Positions 1 through 10,260 of a stretch of 64,000 bases of DNA are shown here, piece after piece (within the stretch, counting starts at the first letter, position 1; the number at the start of each line of letters is the position of its first letter). The DNA lies in the IMG/VR virus record IMGVR_UViG_3300044542_000402; one strand, 5' to 3'. A model generated the notes under the pieces. The model saw only the letters and a list, made by a program, of their open reading frames with translations. It searched no databases and had not been told where the DNA came from. Source of the DNA: an uncultured virus (IMG/VR IMGVR_UViG_3300044542_000402) (taxonomy: Duplodnaviria; Heunggongvirae; Uroviricota; Caudoviricetes; Herelleviridae). The translations under genes were made by a program, and so were the position numbers.

Positions 1-47
1 CCCTCATAGCAACATACTCTTTAAATGTCATAACTCACCATGATGGC

Positions 48-81
<34 letters not shown>

Positions 82-116
82 CTGCGGGCGTGCGGACCGG
101 GGGCGTCAACCTGGAC

Positions 117-3100
117 TCAGACGTCCAGATTGATCCAGTTGCGGGTGTAGACGTCGGCGAGCATCTGCGTGTAGACCTCCAGATCGAGGCTGTCGAGCAG
201 ATGTCGCAACTCGTCGGCGCTGGCGGCGTGGAGGTCCTCGTTGCGGATGAGCATCGGCCATGACGGGTCGATGCTGTTGATCCGGCGGGTCGTCACGTCC
301 TGGTCCGCGGGCACCAGCATGAGCCGGGGGTTGGCGCGTCGCTCGCGATGGGTGAACGCCCACCCGTTGTCGCGCAGCACCTGCATGGCGACCCGCCCGT
401 CGGGATCGTCGTCGCGGACCACGTAGCCGTTCTCGCGCTTGAGCCGGGAGGCCGCTGAGACTTTCCACGCCCCGGCGTTGCGCAACTGGATCGCGCCGGG
501 CGTGTCCGATCGGACGATGAAGGCCCGGTTGACCGGCTGCAGCGACTCGAACCCGGCGATCCGGCCCTCGACATCCGTCTCGGTCACCGCGAAGGGATAG
601 GTGATCGAGCCCACCGAGGCGGCCAACGTGGTGGCGAACATCATCGCCGCGTGCAACGGGTCGTCGCCGTCACGGATCGCGGTGAGAATCCCGAGGCCCA
701 GATCGGTGTCGAAATCGCGTACCAGTGCGGGTTCCCCACCGTCGGCGAGAATCCGGCGCAGGTAGGTCGCCAGACCGGCGTCGATGACGGCGGGGTGGGC
801 CAGCGACCTGGCCGGAGTGGGCCCCGCGAAGCAGGCCAGCGTGCCACCGGAGGCTGACAGGATCGGTGAGTCCGGGTGCAGGACCCGGTCGGGGCCGATC
901 CCGATCTCCATTCTGTTGTTCGAGTCCTTGCTCACCAGGTACATGGGCTCCGGCTCGATCTGAACGCCGATGGAGGCGCTCTCCGCGGTCAGGATGCGGT
1001 CGTTGACCTCCTCGGTGTAGCCGTGAGCCGGATCCAGAGCGGCGTACAGGCCGTCGGTGTTGGTGCTGATGATGCGGGCACCGGACAGGGTCTGGGCCTG
1101 GGCGATGCGCCAGGTGAACAGCTGACCGATGATCCGCATGCTGATGATGCGGTTGTTCATCCGGATCGGGGAATCGCCCATCGTCATGTCACCGGCACCC
1201 GAGGCCGAGTTGAGGATGAGTTTGGTCCCGGCGCGCAGCACCTTGAGACGAGCCTTCTCGTCGGGTCCGACGCCCGGGTCCTTCAGCATCCGCCCGTAGC
1301 GCTGCTTGTCCTGATAGATGGCCGCGTACCGGTCCTCGCCCAGCTCCTCGTTCCAGAACGCCCGCATGTTGCGCAGCAGATTCGGATAGTAGGAGGAGAA
1401 GTCCTCATGAATCACCATCGCGGCGCTCGTGTATCCGTACAAGGGGTGCAGTCTCGTCGAACGGTCCGACGGTTCAGTGCGGGCCCGGGTGAACAGAACC
1501 GGTTCGCCGCCGGTCGCATGGTCGCGGTAGGCGGCGTTCTTCTCAGAGGTGTTGGACAGTACGACCCGCCCATCGATGACGCCTTCTTTGATCCGGGCGG
1601 GATCTCCCCACACGAGCAGTGCGTCGTCAGCCGGGCGCTGGGTGGCCAGCAGGTCGGCCGGGTCGGCGAAGGCCGCCCGGGCCCGTTCCAGCTGTGCGGT
1701 CTGCTCCGGATCGTCCCTCTTCGGCCTGCGCCAGCGCACGGTGGTCGGATTCGAGCCGATGAGCACCAGGCGCTTGTCGACGACCGATCCGTCGGGCAGG
1801 GTCAGCGTGTTGTGCTGATTCCTGGCGGCACGCACCAGATCGGCGGGGTCGGGGAACACCTCACGGGCCGTTTGGAGCATGCGCACTCTGTCCTCGTAGT
1901 CCTCCTGATCGGCCTCGAAGGCCGCCAGATCCGCCTCGGCCCCGTGGATGCCCCCGTAGGAGAATGTCGCGAAGCAGCTCGTCGGTGTGGCGTCGGCCGC
2001 GAAGTACGGCACGTTGTTGGCCACTGTGGGCACCTCGTGCAGGGACCGGGCGGCCCCGAGGGTGTTGTTGAAGTTGCTGCCCTCGATGTCGCGGTAGTAG
2101 CTCAGTACAGGCTCGAACGCCTCCCAGGCGTGGTTGCGCCGGTCCCACAGCGCCCCCGCGGACGCCTCAGCAGGACGTGTCGTCATCGCACCGTCGGAGT
2201 CGAAGAGGCCAGGGACCACGCGGTCCTTGAAGAACCGCTCCGTCTCGTTCAGCACGTTGACCTGCTCGCGCCCGGTCTCGGCGGCCACCACGGCGTCCGG
2301 ATAGTCGAAGGACACCGTGGGGATGTCGTCCAGGGGCTTGTAGGGGGCCAGGATGCGGGCCACGAACTGGGCCGACGGGGTGTCGATCCGCAGCCTGCGA
2401 CGCGCGCGCACGGTGATGCCGTCACGGTCGAAGCGGGTCTCGGAGTACTGGTTGAGCAGGCCGGCCTTGAGGTCGAAGCCGCCCGAGTACACCGGGTGGG
2501 CGAACAACTGGGCCAGGCCCACGCAGTCGGCCACGTTGTAGGCCAGCAGTTCGTACAGCTCATCGGTGGTCCTGATCACCGAGTCGTGACCCAGCTTGTC
2601 CGACTCGCGGATCTGATGGCCGGTCATGCCCAGCAGCCGCTTGAGGCCCACCGTGCGCTGATGTTCGTTGAGCCGGGCCACGTCGATATGGCGTCCCGAG
2701 TCCAGGAACCCCTGGCGAATCCGGGCCGCCGGGGAGTCGAAGTCCAGGGCCTTCGGCATGAACTCGCGGAACTCGTCGGAGAACAGCCGGTCGTTCTCGG
2801 TGCGCATGTCCGCCGCGCTCGGCGACATGACCGTGCCGTCGGGAAGCGACCTCACATGATCCAGCCGGGTCTGCAGGGCCTCCAGCGATTCACCGGCCGC
2901 GACGGTGTCGGTCTGGCGGGCGTGGTTCTTGGCGGCCCTGCGACGGGCCGCGGTGATCTCGTTCTCGATGAGCGCGATCTCCCGGGCCTTCCACACCGTG
3001 GTGACGAAGGCCTTGTCGAGATAGAGGGCCAGCATCGTCGTGTCGTAGTTGAAGGAGTTGTAGCCGGCGAGGAACGGGTGCACGCCGGGGTCGTACCCGG

Positions 3101-3494
3101 GGTCGGTGTCGCAGACCGGCCGCAGGTCGGCCGGATAGGAGGAGCGCTGCGACCGGTCGCCGACAGGACGGGAGTCGGCAAGCCCGAGCATCCCGGCCAG
3201 ACCACGGATCCCGGCGGCCGTCGACAGGTCGCGGAACGCGATCGTCGTACTCGCCGGCAGGCCCGGGTTGGCGTCCCGGATCGCCTTGTCGAGGCCGGCC
3301 GGGTCCATCCGGGACGCCAACTCCTCGTCGTCGATCCGGGCGAATACGTCCAGATGCGGACCCGAGGCGTGGCGCGGGGTGTAGGCCGAGACGCTGAACA
3401 CATTGGACAACGACTCGATGTCGTAGAACGTGAACAGTGAATCGGCCGCCGTGGCGGGTGAGGCCATGATGTGCTCCTGGGAGTTGATGAACAT
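117..3494 (-). CDS. Family B-like DNA polymerase (N-terminal 3'-5' exonuclease-like region plus polymerase motifs)
   Basis: 1125-aa ORF with FYDIES (ExoI-like), GYNSFNYD (ExoII-like), YNVADC (ExoIII-like), EDFSSYYPN (motif A), KLILNSASG (motif B), STNTDG (motif C). True start may be the downstream MASP ATG. Confidence 0.8.
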   Translation of the reverse strand: MFINSQEHIMASPATAADSLFTFYDIESLSNVFSVSAYTPRHASGPHLDVFARIDDEELASRMDPAGLDKAIRDANPGLPASTTIAFRDLSTAAGIRGLAGMLGLADSRPVGDRSQRSSYPADLRPVCDTDPGYDPGVHPFLAGYNSFNYDTTMLALYLDKAFVTTVWKAREIALIENEITAARRRAAKNHARQTDTVAAGESLEALQTRLDHVRSLPDGTVMSPSAADMRTENDRLFSDEFREFMPKALDFDSPAARIRQGFLDSGRHIDVARLNEHQRTVGLKRLLGMTGHQIRESDKLGHDSVIRTTDELYELLAYNVADCVGLAQLFAHPVYSGGFDLKAGLLNQYSETRFDRDGITVRARRRLRIDTPSAQFVARILAPYKPLDDIPTVSFDYPDAVVAAETGREQVNVLNETERFFKDRVVPGLFDSDGAMTTRPAEASAGALWDRRNHAWEAFEPVLSYYRDIEGSNFNNTLGAARSLHEVPTVANNVPYFAADATPTSCFATFSYGGIHGAEADLAAFEADQEDYEDRVRMLQTAREVFPDPADLVRAARNQHNTLTLPDGSVVDKRLVLIGSNPTTVRWRRPKRDDPEQTAQLERARAAFADPADLLATQRPADDALLVWGDPARIKEGVIDGRVVLSNTSEKNAAYRDHATGGEPVLFTRARTEPSDRSTRLHPLYGYTSAAMVIHEDFSSYYPNLLRNMRAFWNEELGEDRYAAIYQDKQRYGRMLKDPGVGPDEKARLKVLRAGTKLILNSASGAGDMTMGDSPIRMNNRIISMRIIGQLFTWRIAQAQTLSGARIISTNTDGLYAALDPAHGYTEEVNDRILTAESASIGVQIEPEPMYLVSKDSNNRMEIGIGPDRVLHPDSPILSASGGTLACFAGPTPARSLAHPAVIDAGLATYLRRILADGGEPALVRDFDTDLGLGILTAIRDGDDPLHAAMMFATTLAASVGSITYPFAVTETDVEGRIAGFESLQPVNRAFIVRSDTPGAIQLRNAGAWKVSAASRLKRENGYVVRDDDPDGRVAMQVLRDNGWAFTHRERRANPRLMLVPADQDVTTRRINSIDPSWPMLIRNEDLHAASADELRHLLDSLDLEVYTQMLADVYTRNWINLDV

Positions 3495-3615
3495 GAGGAC
3501 GGATCGGTGAGCGGGGGCTCAGCGTCGACCTGAGGACGAGGACCCGGCGGTGCATCTGCCGGCCGCACGCCTCGGACCGTTCGCACCCGGTTCACCGGGT
3601 ACGGACGGACGGCGG

Positions 3616-5499
3616 TCAGTCCTGCTCGTCGCCGTCGTCAGCGCCGGAATCGTCGTGAACCGTGCGCAGCAGGCCGTAGTAGCCCGGCTTGATGTGGGGA
3701 CGGGACCGCTGAATCGGATCGTCGCCGGTGTAGCCGGGGGTGTACCAGTCCTTGAGCTCGTACTCGGCGATGAGGGGTTCGGGGGCGTCCATCATCGAAC
3801 CGGGACGGATCTTGCGCCTCCGGTCGGCGCACGACCAGTCGGGATCGGATTCGATGACCGCCACCAGATCACGGTTGAACTGCTGGGCGCTCAGCGTCTT
3901 CCCCGAGGGACTCACCCTGGCGAACCACGCCTTGAACAGGGAGTAGGCGAAAACGAACGGGAGCAGGTCCCACACGAAGTCCAGGCGGAACGTCTCCCAG
4001 AAGAACCGGACGGGGTCGTTGTTCTCCTTGTACTCGGCCAGGAGCTCATGGGTGGCCGGCGGCTCGTCGAACTCGTAGTAGTCGGGGATCTCGCTCAGGA
4101 CGTGGCGCACGATCCACTCCAGGACCTCGGGGCGCTGCAGGTAGTCGTTCTTGATCGCCTTGTTCTCCGCGCCGGTGAACGACTTGCGGAACGGGACGAA
4201 GAGCTGGCGGCGGTAGAACGACTCGGACTTGTCCTTGAAGCGGGGCATGTCGTTGAGGCACTGGACCATGAGCCCCCAGAACTGGAAGGCCACCGGGATC
4301 CGGTGCTTGCGGTTGACCTCGATGACGTCATTGGTCTGGATGGCCTTGATGTTGGCCGCACGATCGATGAAGGCCCCCACGTCGTTCTCGTCGACGACGA
4401 TGGCCAGAGCGCCCAGCAGGGGCTCCAGGGCGAAGTCCTTGCCCATCTCGTCGATGGGCACCGAGGCGCAGGCCTCCGGGCCCAGCAGGTTGCGCAGGAT
4501 CTGGCAGATGGTGCCCTTGCCGTTGTTGCCCGACTCCGAGTAGAACCAGGCCGACTTCCCCCAGCGGACGCGGGGGCGCAGGACCGCACCGATGATCTGC
4601 CAGAGAAGCGCCTCCATGCCCGTCTGGTCCGCGTCCTCGAACAGGTCGGCCAGCCAGGCCCCCATCTCCCACGTCGAGCCGTCGGGCTGGGCGATCGTCA
4701 CCGGTGCGGCGTCGGGGTTCCAGGCCACCGGGGGCTTGGACAGGAGGATGATCGCCGGATCGAAGCGGTGCAGGCTCTTGGCGGTGAAATGAAAGCGGGT
4801 GCCGTTGAGTGTGAGGTCACGGTCGCGGGAGCCGTAGAAGAACACCCCGTTGTCCAGGGCGATGAGATCGCGTTCGGGGCAGCGCTGGACCCGTTCAGAG
4901 TCCTCGTGGAGGATCTGGGTGATCTCCTCCCAGTCGCGCTTGGTGAGAGAGCCGTTGTAGCACCGGGCCACATGGCGCATCTCGTCCTCCGACGTCGTGT
5001 GGATCCCGGTGCGGGGGCCGGCGGCGACATACATCGCCAGGACGTCGTGCTCACGGGAGTGGGACATCATCGAGGGGGCCACCAGAACGACGTGATGGAG
5101 GCGCTGGAGCGTCCAGGCGATCTGGAGGTTCGTGAGCATCCTCAGATACGGATGGGTGGGCTCCCCCTTGGCGCTCTTGGCGTTCTCGGCCTTGAGAAGG
5201 GTATTGACCAGGTGGAGGAGGTGCTGCTCGACGACGCGGGGCTCGGGGGGATCGGCGGGGTCCAGGCTCTCCAGGTACGTCTGCGTCGTCGTCATGACGA
5301 TGTCGTTGTAGGGGGCCGGGGCCTGCGGGTAGCGGTTTTTGAAGGTCCGGCCCAACGACAGCAGCAGAGGGGTGCCGTCGTCGGAGACGGCCGGGTCCCC
5401 GACAGTGGTGCCGTCATCGAACTCGGGGGGCACGTCGCCGTCGAACTCGCCGTCGAACCCCGTAGCGGCGGAGCCGGATGATGATGTGGATGAAGCCAT
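3616..5499 (-). CDS. Phage/plasmid P4/D5-family primase-associated SF3 helicase
   Basis: Walker A SGNNGKGT, Walker B IVVDEND, motif C QCLNDMPRF; upstream IALDNGVF resembles D5_N. Confidence 0.85.
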   Translation of the reverse strand: MASSTSSSGSAATGFDGEFDGDVPPEFDDGTTVGDPAVSDDGTPLLLSLGRTFKNRYPQAPAPYNDIVMTTTQTYLESLDPADPPEPRVVEQHLLHLVNTLLKAENAKSAKGEPTHPYLRMLTNLQIAWTLQRLHHVVLVAPSMMSHSREHDVLAMYVAAGPRTGIHTTSEDEMRHVARCYNGSLTKRDWEEITQILHEDSERVQRCPERDLIALDNGVFFYGSRDRDLTLNGTRFHFTAKSLHRFDPAIILLSKPPVAWNPDAAPVTIAQPDGSTWEMGAWLADLFEDADQTGMEALLWQIIGAVLRPRVRWGKSAWFYSESGNNGKGTICQILRNLLGPEACASVPIDEMGKDFALEPLLGALAIVVDENDVGAFIDRAANIKAIQTNDVIEVNRKHRIPVAFQFWGLMVQCLNDMPRFKDKSESFYRRQLFVPFRKSFTGAENKAIKNDYLQRPEVLEWIVRHVLSEIPDYYEFDEPPATHELLAEYKENNDPVRFFWETFRLDFVWDLLPFVFAYSLFKAWFARVSPSGKTLSAQQFNRDLVAVIESDPDWSCADRRRKIRPGSMMDAPEPLIAEYELKDWYTPGYTGDDPIQRSRPHIKPGYYGLLRTVHDDSGADDGDEQD

Positions 5500-5857
5500 G
5501 TGGAAGGTGTCCTTGCAGGGTCGCCGAGGACCGGGGGGATCGTCACGGAGCGGATCGACCCGAACTCGAAATGGAACAGAACGTGGGATTCACTCTAGAC
5601 GATTCAGGACGATCCGGCAACGATCCCGTCCCATCCGGATCATCGATCACATCGTTCCGGCCTGTCGCGCCGCCACGTGGTGGCGGCGCAGGCGAGAACC
5701 GGCCCGGGGACGGCGTCAGCCGTCCCGTTCCCGGGTCCGCCGGGACGTGCTGGGGGATCGGTCCGGGCGAGTGCTCCGAGGACTTCCAAGGTGCGGCGAT
5801 GCACGCGGTGACACGGTGGAGGGCGATCCCGGCGACATGGCGGGGATGGGGCGGTGC

Positions 5858-6185
5858 CTGTTCTCGTGTTCTCAACCCTGTTCTCAGCTTTTCTGCAAGT
5901 TGAGAACACGTTTGACGGCTTCATAGCAGGGTTTGAAGCCCAATGTTCTCATGTTCTCAACTTTTTCAAGTTATATATAGGGCTCCCCCATCTCCCCTCC
6001 CTGTCCCGTCCGGATCGTGATGCAATCGTGACTTGAATGATGTTCCGGATCGTGTATCATCACGCGCATGCGCGCACACGCAGGGACAAAGTTCAAAAAG
6101 TTGAGAACATGAGAACAGGCCCCTCAAACCGCGTCATGACGCGGTCTGCGCTGTTCTCAGTCCTGAGTACAAAGTTGAGAACAGC
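5858..6185. repeat. Putative replication origin: clustered direct and inverted TGTTCTC(A)/TGAGAACA repeats around an AT-rich core
   Basis: About 10 copies of TGTTCTC/GAGAACA; long inverted repeat tgttctcatgttctcaactttt (about 5944) versus aaaagttgagaacatgagaaca (about 6096); AT-rich ttatatata centre; upstream of helicase/polymerase genes. Confidence 0.65.
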
Positions 6186-6336
6186 CCGATCGACAGCCTG
6201 TTGACGGTCGGGCGGGACGATCCTCGTATCATCCGATCGCGCATCTGTTGCGTGGCCGGATGATCATGTGTTACTGTAGATGCAGTCGTGTGATGCACAC
6301 GGTGAGTCATCTGGACGACATGGTGACGGAACGTGA

Positions 6337-6376
6337 CAGAAGGCCCGGGTCCCCTGACGGGGACCCGGGCCTTCTG
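6337..6376. terminator. GC-rich stem-loop, probable terminator
   Basis: cagaaggcccgggtcccc-tgac-ggggacccgggccttctg inverted repeat downstream of 6514-6876. Confidence 0.55.
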
Positions 6377-6513
6377 CCGTCCTGCGACGTACGGGATCGC
6401 GCGGCCGTTGCCTGCGCACACCGGCGCGGGGATCGTCCATGGCGGACGCACCCCGCGGGTCTCCCGCGGATGCCCCGAACTCGATCGGGGCCGGATCATG
6501 GGTGAGGGGCGTC

Positions 6514-6876
6514 TCAGTAGAAGCCGCCCCCGCGTTCGGTCCTGCGGCGCTCCAGGCGCTCGCTCAGCGACTCCCTGCGGGCGTACTGGCGGGCCCAGGG
6601 GCTGCCCTGGCTCACCAGCTTGCGGATCTCGTGACGCTCCCTGTCGGAGCGCCAGCCCTGCAGGCTGTCCATCGTGTACCCCGGCCCGTAGCGCCGGCGC
6701 ATCTCGGCGTTCGCCTCGAGGTTGAGCCGCGTCATCTCCTCGATCCGGTCCCGTGAGCCGCGCACGTGGTCGCGGACCTGGCGGTTGAGCCGGGCCGAGT
6801 CGCGGCGCTCGACAGTGCGCCACACCTTGGTGACGACGAAGAAGCAGACCGCGAGGAAGATCAGAAGCTCGAGCAT
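6514..6876 (-). CDS. Small membrane-anchored hypothetical protein
   Basis: GGAGG RBS, N-terminal hydrophobic helix LLIFLAVCFFVV. Confidence 0.6.
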   Translation of the reverse strand: MLELLIFLAVCFFVVTKVWRTVERRDSARLNRQVRDHVRGSRDRIEEMTRLNLEANAEMRRRYGPGYTMDSLQGWRSDRERHEIRKLVSQGSPWARQYARRESLSERLERRRTERGGGFY

Positions 6877-7029
6877 GACAGACACCTCCTGTGCACGTGA
6901 CCCGTCACCGGCGAGTACCGGTGATCATGATCGTCGTCATCGTACGGGAGTCGCGGATGGTCCTGATCGATGGCTCGTAGTTTTTTCTCACCCGCCCACC
7001 CGGCGACCGGCCACCCGGTCGCTCCACCC

Positions 7030-7851
7030 TCACCCGAGCCCGGACACGTCAGTGTCCGGATGCCCCTGCTCCCGTCGTCCGCTCGCCGAGCGGAACCACA
7101 CCACGAGCCCTGCGGCGACCAGTCCTGCAAGCAGGACGACCACCGGCCAGGTCGCCAGATCGGCCACCAGCCTCGGCGGCAGCAGTCCGGCCGCCAGGTT
7201 GAACCCGAGATGGGCGGCCACCGCCGGCCACAGCCGGCCGGTCACCTCCACCAGCAGTGCCGCGAGAATCCCCAGCGGCACCACCGCCACCGCCTGCACG
7301 AGATTGCCGTGCAGACCCATGAACACAGCCGTCGTGGCCACCACGGCCACCGGGACGTTCGAGATCCGCCGCAGCAGCGGGTACATCAGCCCTCTCAGCA
7401 GCATCTCCTCGGCCAGGGGCGCGGCCGCCAGCGACAGTGCCAGGCCCATCCACACCGGTGCGTCCGTCGTCGCCGCCTCGTGCGCGGCGAAGCCCGGGGA
7501 GCCCCATGTCAGCCCGGTCCGCACCGAGGCGGTCTGGCCGGCGACCACCACCAGGGCCGCCAGACCTACGGCCCCCCATCCCACCCGCGCCCCACAGCCC
7601 GTCATCCGGGCGGCGGGCAGGTGCACCGTCCCGGTGGCCAGCAGCACCGCACCGATGACGGCCACCGCCGCGTCGGCGATCAGGGTCGCCGCGATCGTCC
7701 CGTCGGCCACCAGCAACGCGCCCGCCGCGATGAGCAGGTAGGCCACCGGGATCCCGACGAGCACGAGGGCCCCCAGCCCGATCCGGGCCGGGACCGACCG
7801 GCGCGACGGACGTACGGCCGCCGATGTTCTCTCCGTGTCAACAGATGTCAT
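7030..7851 (-). CDS. CPBP (CAAX/Abi) family intramembrane metalloprotease
   Basis: Multi-TM protein with EEMLLRG, FMGLH and AHLGFN motifs. Confidence 0.85.
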   Translation of the reverse strand: MTSVDTERTSAAVRPSRRSVPARIGLGALVLVGIPVAYLLIAAGALLVADGTIAATLIADAAVAVIGAVLLATGTVHLPAARMTGCGARVGWGAVGLAALVVVAGQTASVRTGLTWGSPGFAAHEAATTDAPVWMGLALSLAAAPLAEEMLLRGLMYPLLRRISNVPVAVVATTAVFMGLHGNLVQAVAVVPLGILAALLVEVTGRLWPAVAAHLGFNLAAGLLPPRLVADLATWPVVVLLAGLVAAGLVVWFRSASGRREQGHPDTDVSGLG

Positions 7852-7860
7852 GACATGACC

Positions 7861-9705
7861 TCAGCCGGTAATGCGGGACTCGATGATGCCCTGCACGCTC
7901 GTGGTCCCGCGGAACGTGTTGAGGCTCAGGTGCCCTACCAGGTGCAGTGGTCCGGCGTCGGGGTCCCCCACCATCGCCTCCAGCTCGTCACCGTGATCGG
8001 CGGCGGCGTTCCACCACAGCGCCTTGAACCCCGAACGGGTCATCAGAGACAGGTGCTGGCCCTCCGATCCGATCCGGTCCAGGCGGCACGAGCCGGTGTC
8101 CAGCACCAGTTCCACGACCGGGGCCGGGAATCCGTGGCCGAACGGGCGCAGCGTCTCGGTCCGCTCCACGAACTCGATGAGCGGGCTGGACGCCTCCAGG
8201 CCCGCGTCGACACCGGGCCCCGACCCCAGCACCAGGTCCGCAGCCGGTCCCGTGAGCCCGGTGGCCCCGGCGTGCAGCCGTGCCGACTCACCGGCCAGCC
8301 GCTCGGCCAGGTCGGTGGTCAGCACCACGTCGGCGACCTTGATGCCGCACGCCTGCTGATGGCCGATGCCGTACACGCCCTCGACCGGTTCGAGGGCCTC
8401 GATGAGACCGAACCAGCCCGGGGCCCGTCCCGATCCCGACACCGGGCCCATGCCTCGGCGCGGTCGCTGCAGCACCACCGCCGGCTCCCCGGTGGCCGAC
8501 ATCATTCTGTTGGCCAGCAGCCCCAGCATTCCGCCCGGTGCGTCGGAGAACCACACCCACGGGGCCAGGGGCTGATCAGTGCTCACCAGATCGGCGGCGA
8601 AGGAGGCCACCATCTCCTTGCGCGTCTCGTTGCCCTCGATGATCCGTTCGGCGGCCTGTACGCGGGCCGCGGCGTCGCCGGGGGCGAACACGGTGAAGCA
8701 GTCGCCCACGCTCGTCCCGATCCGTCGCGGGCTGTTGAACGCCGGTGCCAGATAGAACCCGTAGAAGTCCTCATTGATGTCGCCGCGCAGCTTGTCAGCA
8801 CGCTCGAAGGCTGCCAGCATGATCGAGAACCCCTCCAGCGCCGCGGTGAACACCGGGTGGTGGGTCTCGGCGTCCAGGATCCGGCGCAGGGGTGCATCGG
8901 TGATGTCGATGTTCGCGGGATCGGGCTCCAGGTCCCCCCACTGGTTCTCGATCGTGGGGGCCGGGGCCCGCAGCAGCCTGGCGATCGACAGCGAGTCGCG
9001 CACCATCTGCCGGTTCTCGTGGACCAGCGGCATCACGTCGGAGATCGTGCCCAGCCCGGCGAACAGGCGCAGCAGGCCGATCTCCCAGGTCTTCTCCGGG
9101 GCGAACCGCTCGGTGTAACGCTCCAGCACCCGGTACAGCACCACCGCGCCGCAGATGCCCGGCAGGGGGTACGACTCGTCGATCCGGCACGGGTCCACCG
9201 TGATGTCGGCGCTCGATCCGGGATCCAGCTCCTCGTGGTGGTCGGTGACCAGCACCCGCCAGCCCCTGCCATGCGCGTCGGCCACCCCGGCGGCCCCGTT
9301 CACCCCGCCGTCGCAGGTGATCACCACCGACGTGTCGGGGAAGCGGACCGCGATCTCGGCCATGTCGGCGGGCCCCACGTCGTGGCCGCGCCGGTAGTCG
9401 GGGATATGCAGTCCCACGGTGAAGCCCAGCTCGGCGAGCCCGGCATGGCCCAGTACTCCTGATGAGATGCCGTCCATGTCGAAGTCGGGGATGATGACGA
9501 TCCGTTCACCCGACTCGTGCACGATGTGCAGCGCCTCGGCCATGGCATCCAGATCCTTGAGGTCCGGATGGGACGGATCGTCGAGCTCCGTCAGCCTCTC
9601 GGGGGTCCAACCCCGCCTGGCGCACATGAGTGCGAACAGGTCGGTGCCCCGATCGGGATCGAGGGCACCGATGGCAGAGCCCGGCCGTGACATCACATCA
9701 TTCAT
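7861..9705 (-). CDS. recJ: RecJ-like DHH-family ssDNA exonuclease
   Basis: PDFDMDG, ITCDGG, VTDHH, GTISDVMPLVHENR, SGSGR, GHQQACG, LRPFGHGFPAP motifs. Confidence 0.9.
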   Translation of the reverse strand: MNDVMSRPGSAIGALDPDRGTDLFALMCARRGWTPERLTELDDPSHPDLKDLDAMAEALHIVHESGERIVIIPDFDMDGISSGVLGHAGLAELGFTVGLHIPDYRRGHDVGPADMAEIAVRFPDTSVVITCDGGVNGAAGVADAHGRGWRVLVTDHHEELDPGSSADITVDPCRIDESYPLPGICGAVVLYRVLERYTERFAPEKTWEIGLLRLFAGLGTISDVMPLVHENRQMVRDSLSIARLLRAPAPTIENQWGDLEPDPANIDITDAPLRRILDAETHHPVFTAALEGFSIMLAAFERADKLRGDINEDFYGFYLAPAFNSPRRIGTSVGDCFTVFAPGDAAARVQAAERIIEGNETRKEMVASFAADLVSTDQPLAPWVWFSDAPGGMLGLLANRMMSATGEPAVVLQRPRRGMGPVSGSGRAPGWFGLIEALEPVEGVYGIGHQQACGIKVADVVLTTDLAERLAGESARLHAGATGLTGPAADLVLGSGPGVDAGLEASSPLIEFVERTETLRPFGHGFPAPVVELVLDTGSCRLDRIGSEGQHLSLMTRSGFKALWWNAAADHGDELEAMVGDPDAGPLHLVGHLSLNTFRGTTSVQGIIESRITG

Positions 9706-9838
9706 AATGAGATTCTATCATTGTCCTCATTCGAATACTGCTGTGACAGCATCCCGAACCCCCTGTTTCATCGTGATTCCCAGCATTCAGCAGGGGTGAT
9801 CGCCGGTCATCATCGCGGGATCATGTAAGGTGCGCGTC

Positions 9839-10186
9839 ATGGCTATACGAAGCATCATTGAATCCGACATGAGTGGCGAGGCCGGAGCCAACACCCTCAC
9901 CTTCGGGCTGGAGGGTCAATGGTACGAGGTCGACCTCACCGACGCTGAGGCCGACGATCTCAGGAAGGCTCTGCAACCCTATCTGGATGTCTCTCGCCAG
10001 AGCACCAGCCGCGCCACCGGTCACGCACCCGAGGTGCCCGCCATGACCCCTGACGAGCGCGAGGACGTTCGCGAGTGGGCCCGGAACAACAACTACGAGG
10101 TCGCCCCCTACGGCCGGATCAACAAGACGGTCATGCGCGCCTACGCCAAGGCCCATCCCGAACGCCGCATCGCCCTGCCCTGGTAA
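9839..10186 (+). CDS. lsr2: Lsr2-family nucleoid-associated protein
   Basis: FGLEGQWYEVDL dimerisation motif and VREWARNNNYEVAPYGRI DNA-binding motif. Confidence 0.9.
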   Translation: MAIRSIIESDMSGEAGANTLTFGLEGQWYEVDLTDAEADDLRKALQPYLDVSRQSTSRATGHAPEVPAMTPDEREDVREWARNNNYEVAPYGRINKTVMRAYAKAHPERRIALPW

Positions 10187-10260
10187 TCACCTTCCGCCCG
10201 TTCCTGACCATCTCGATCATCTTGAACCCCCGGTGTCGCGGCACCGGGGGTTCGTTCTGC

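Noticed and set aside
876..3440. 854-aa + strand ORF and similar long antisense ORFs (3550-5481, 6970-9462, 38068-40197, 56365-58275, 61046-63136)
   Set aside because: Shadow ORFs opposite well-supported genes, expected in high-GC DNA.
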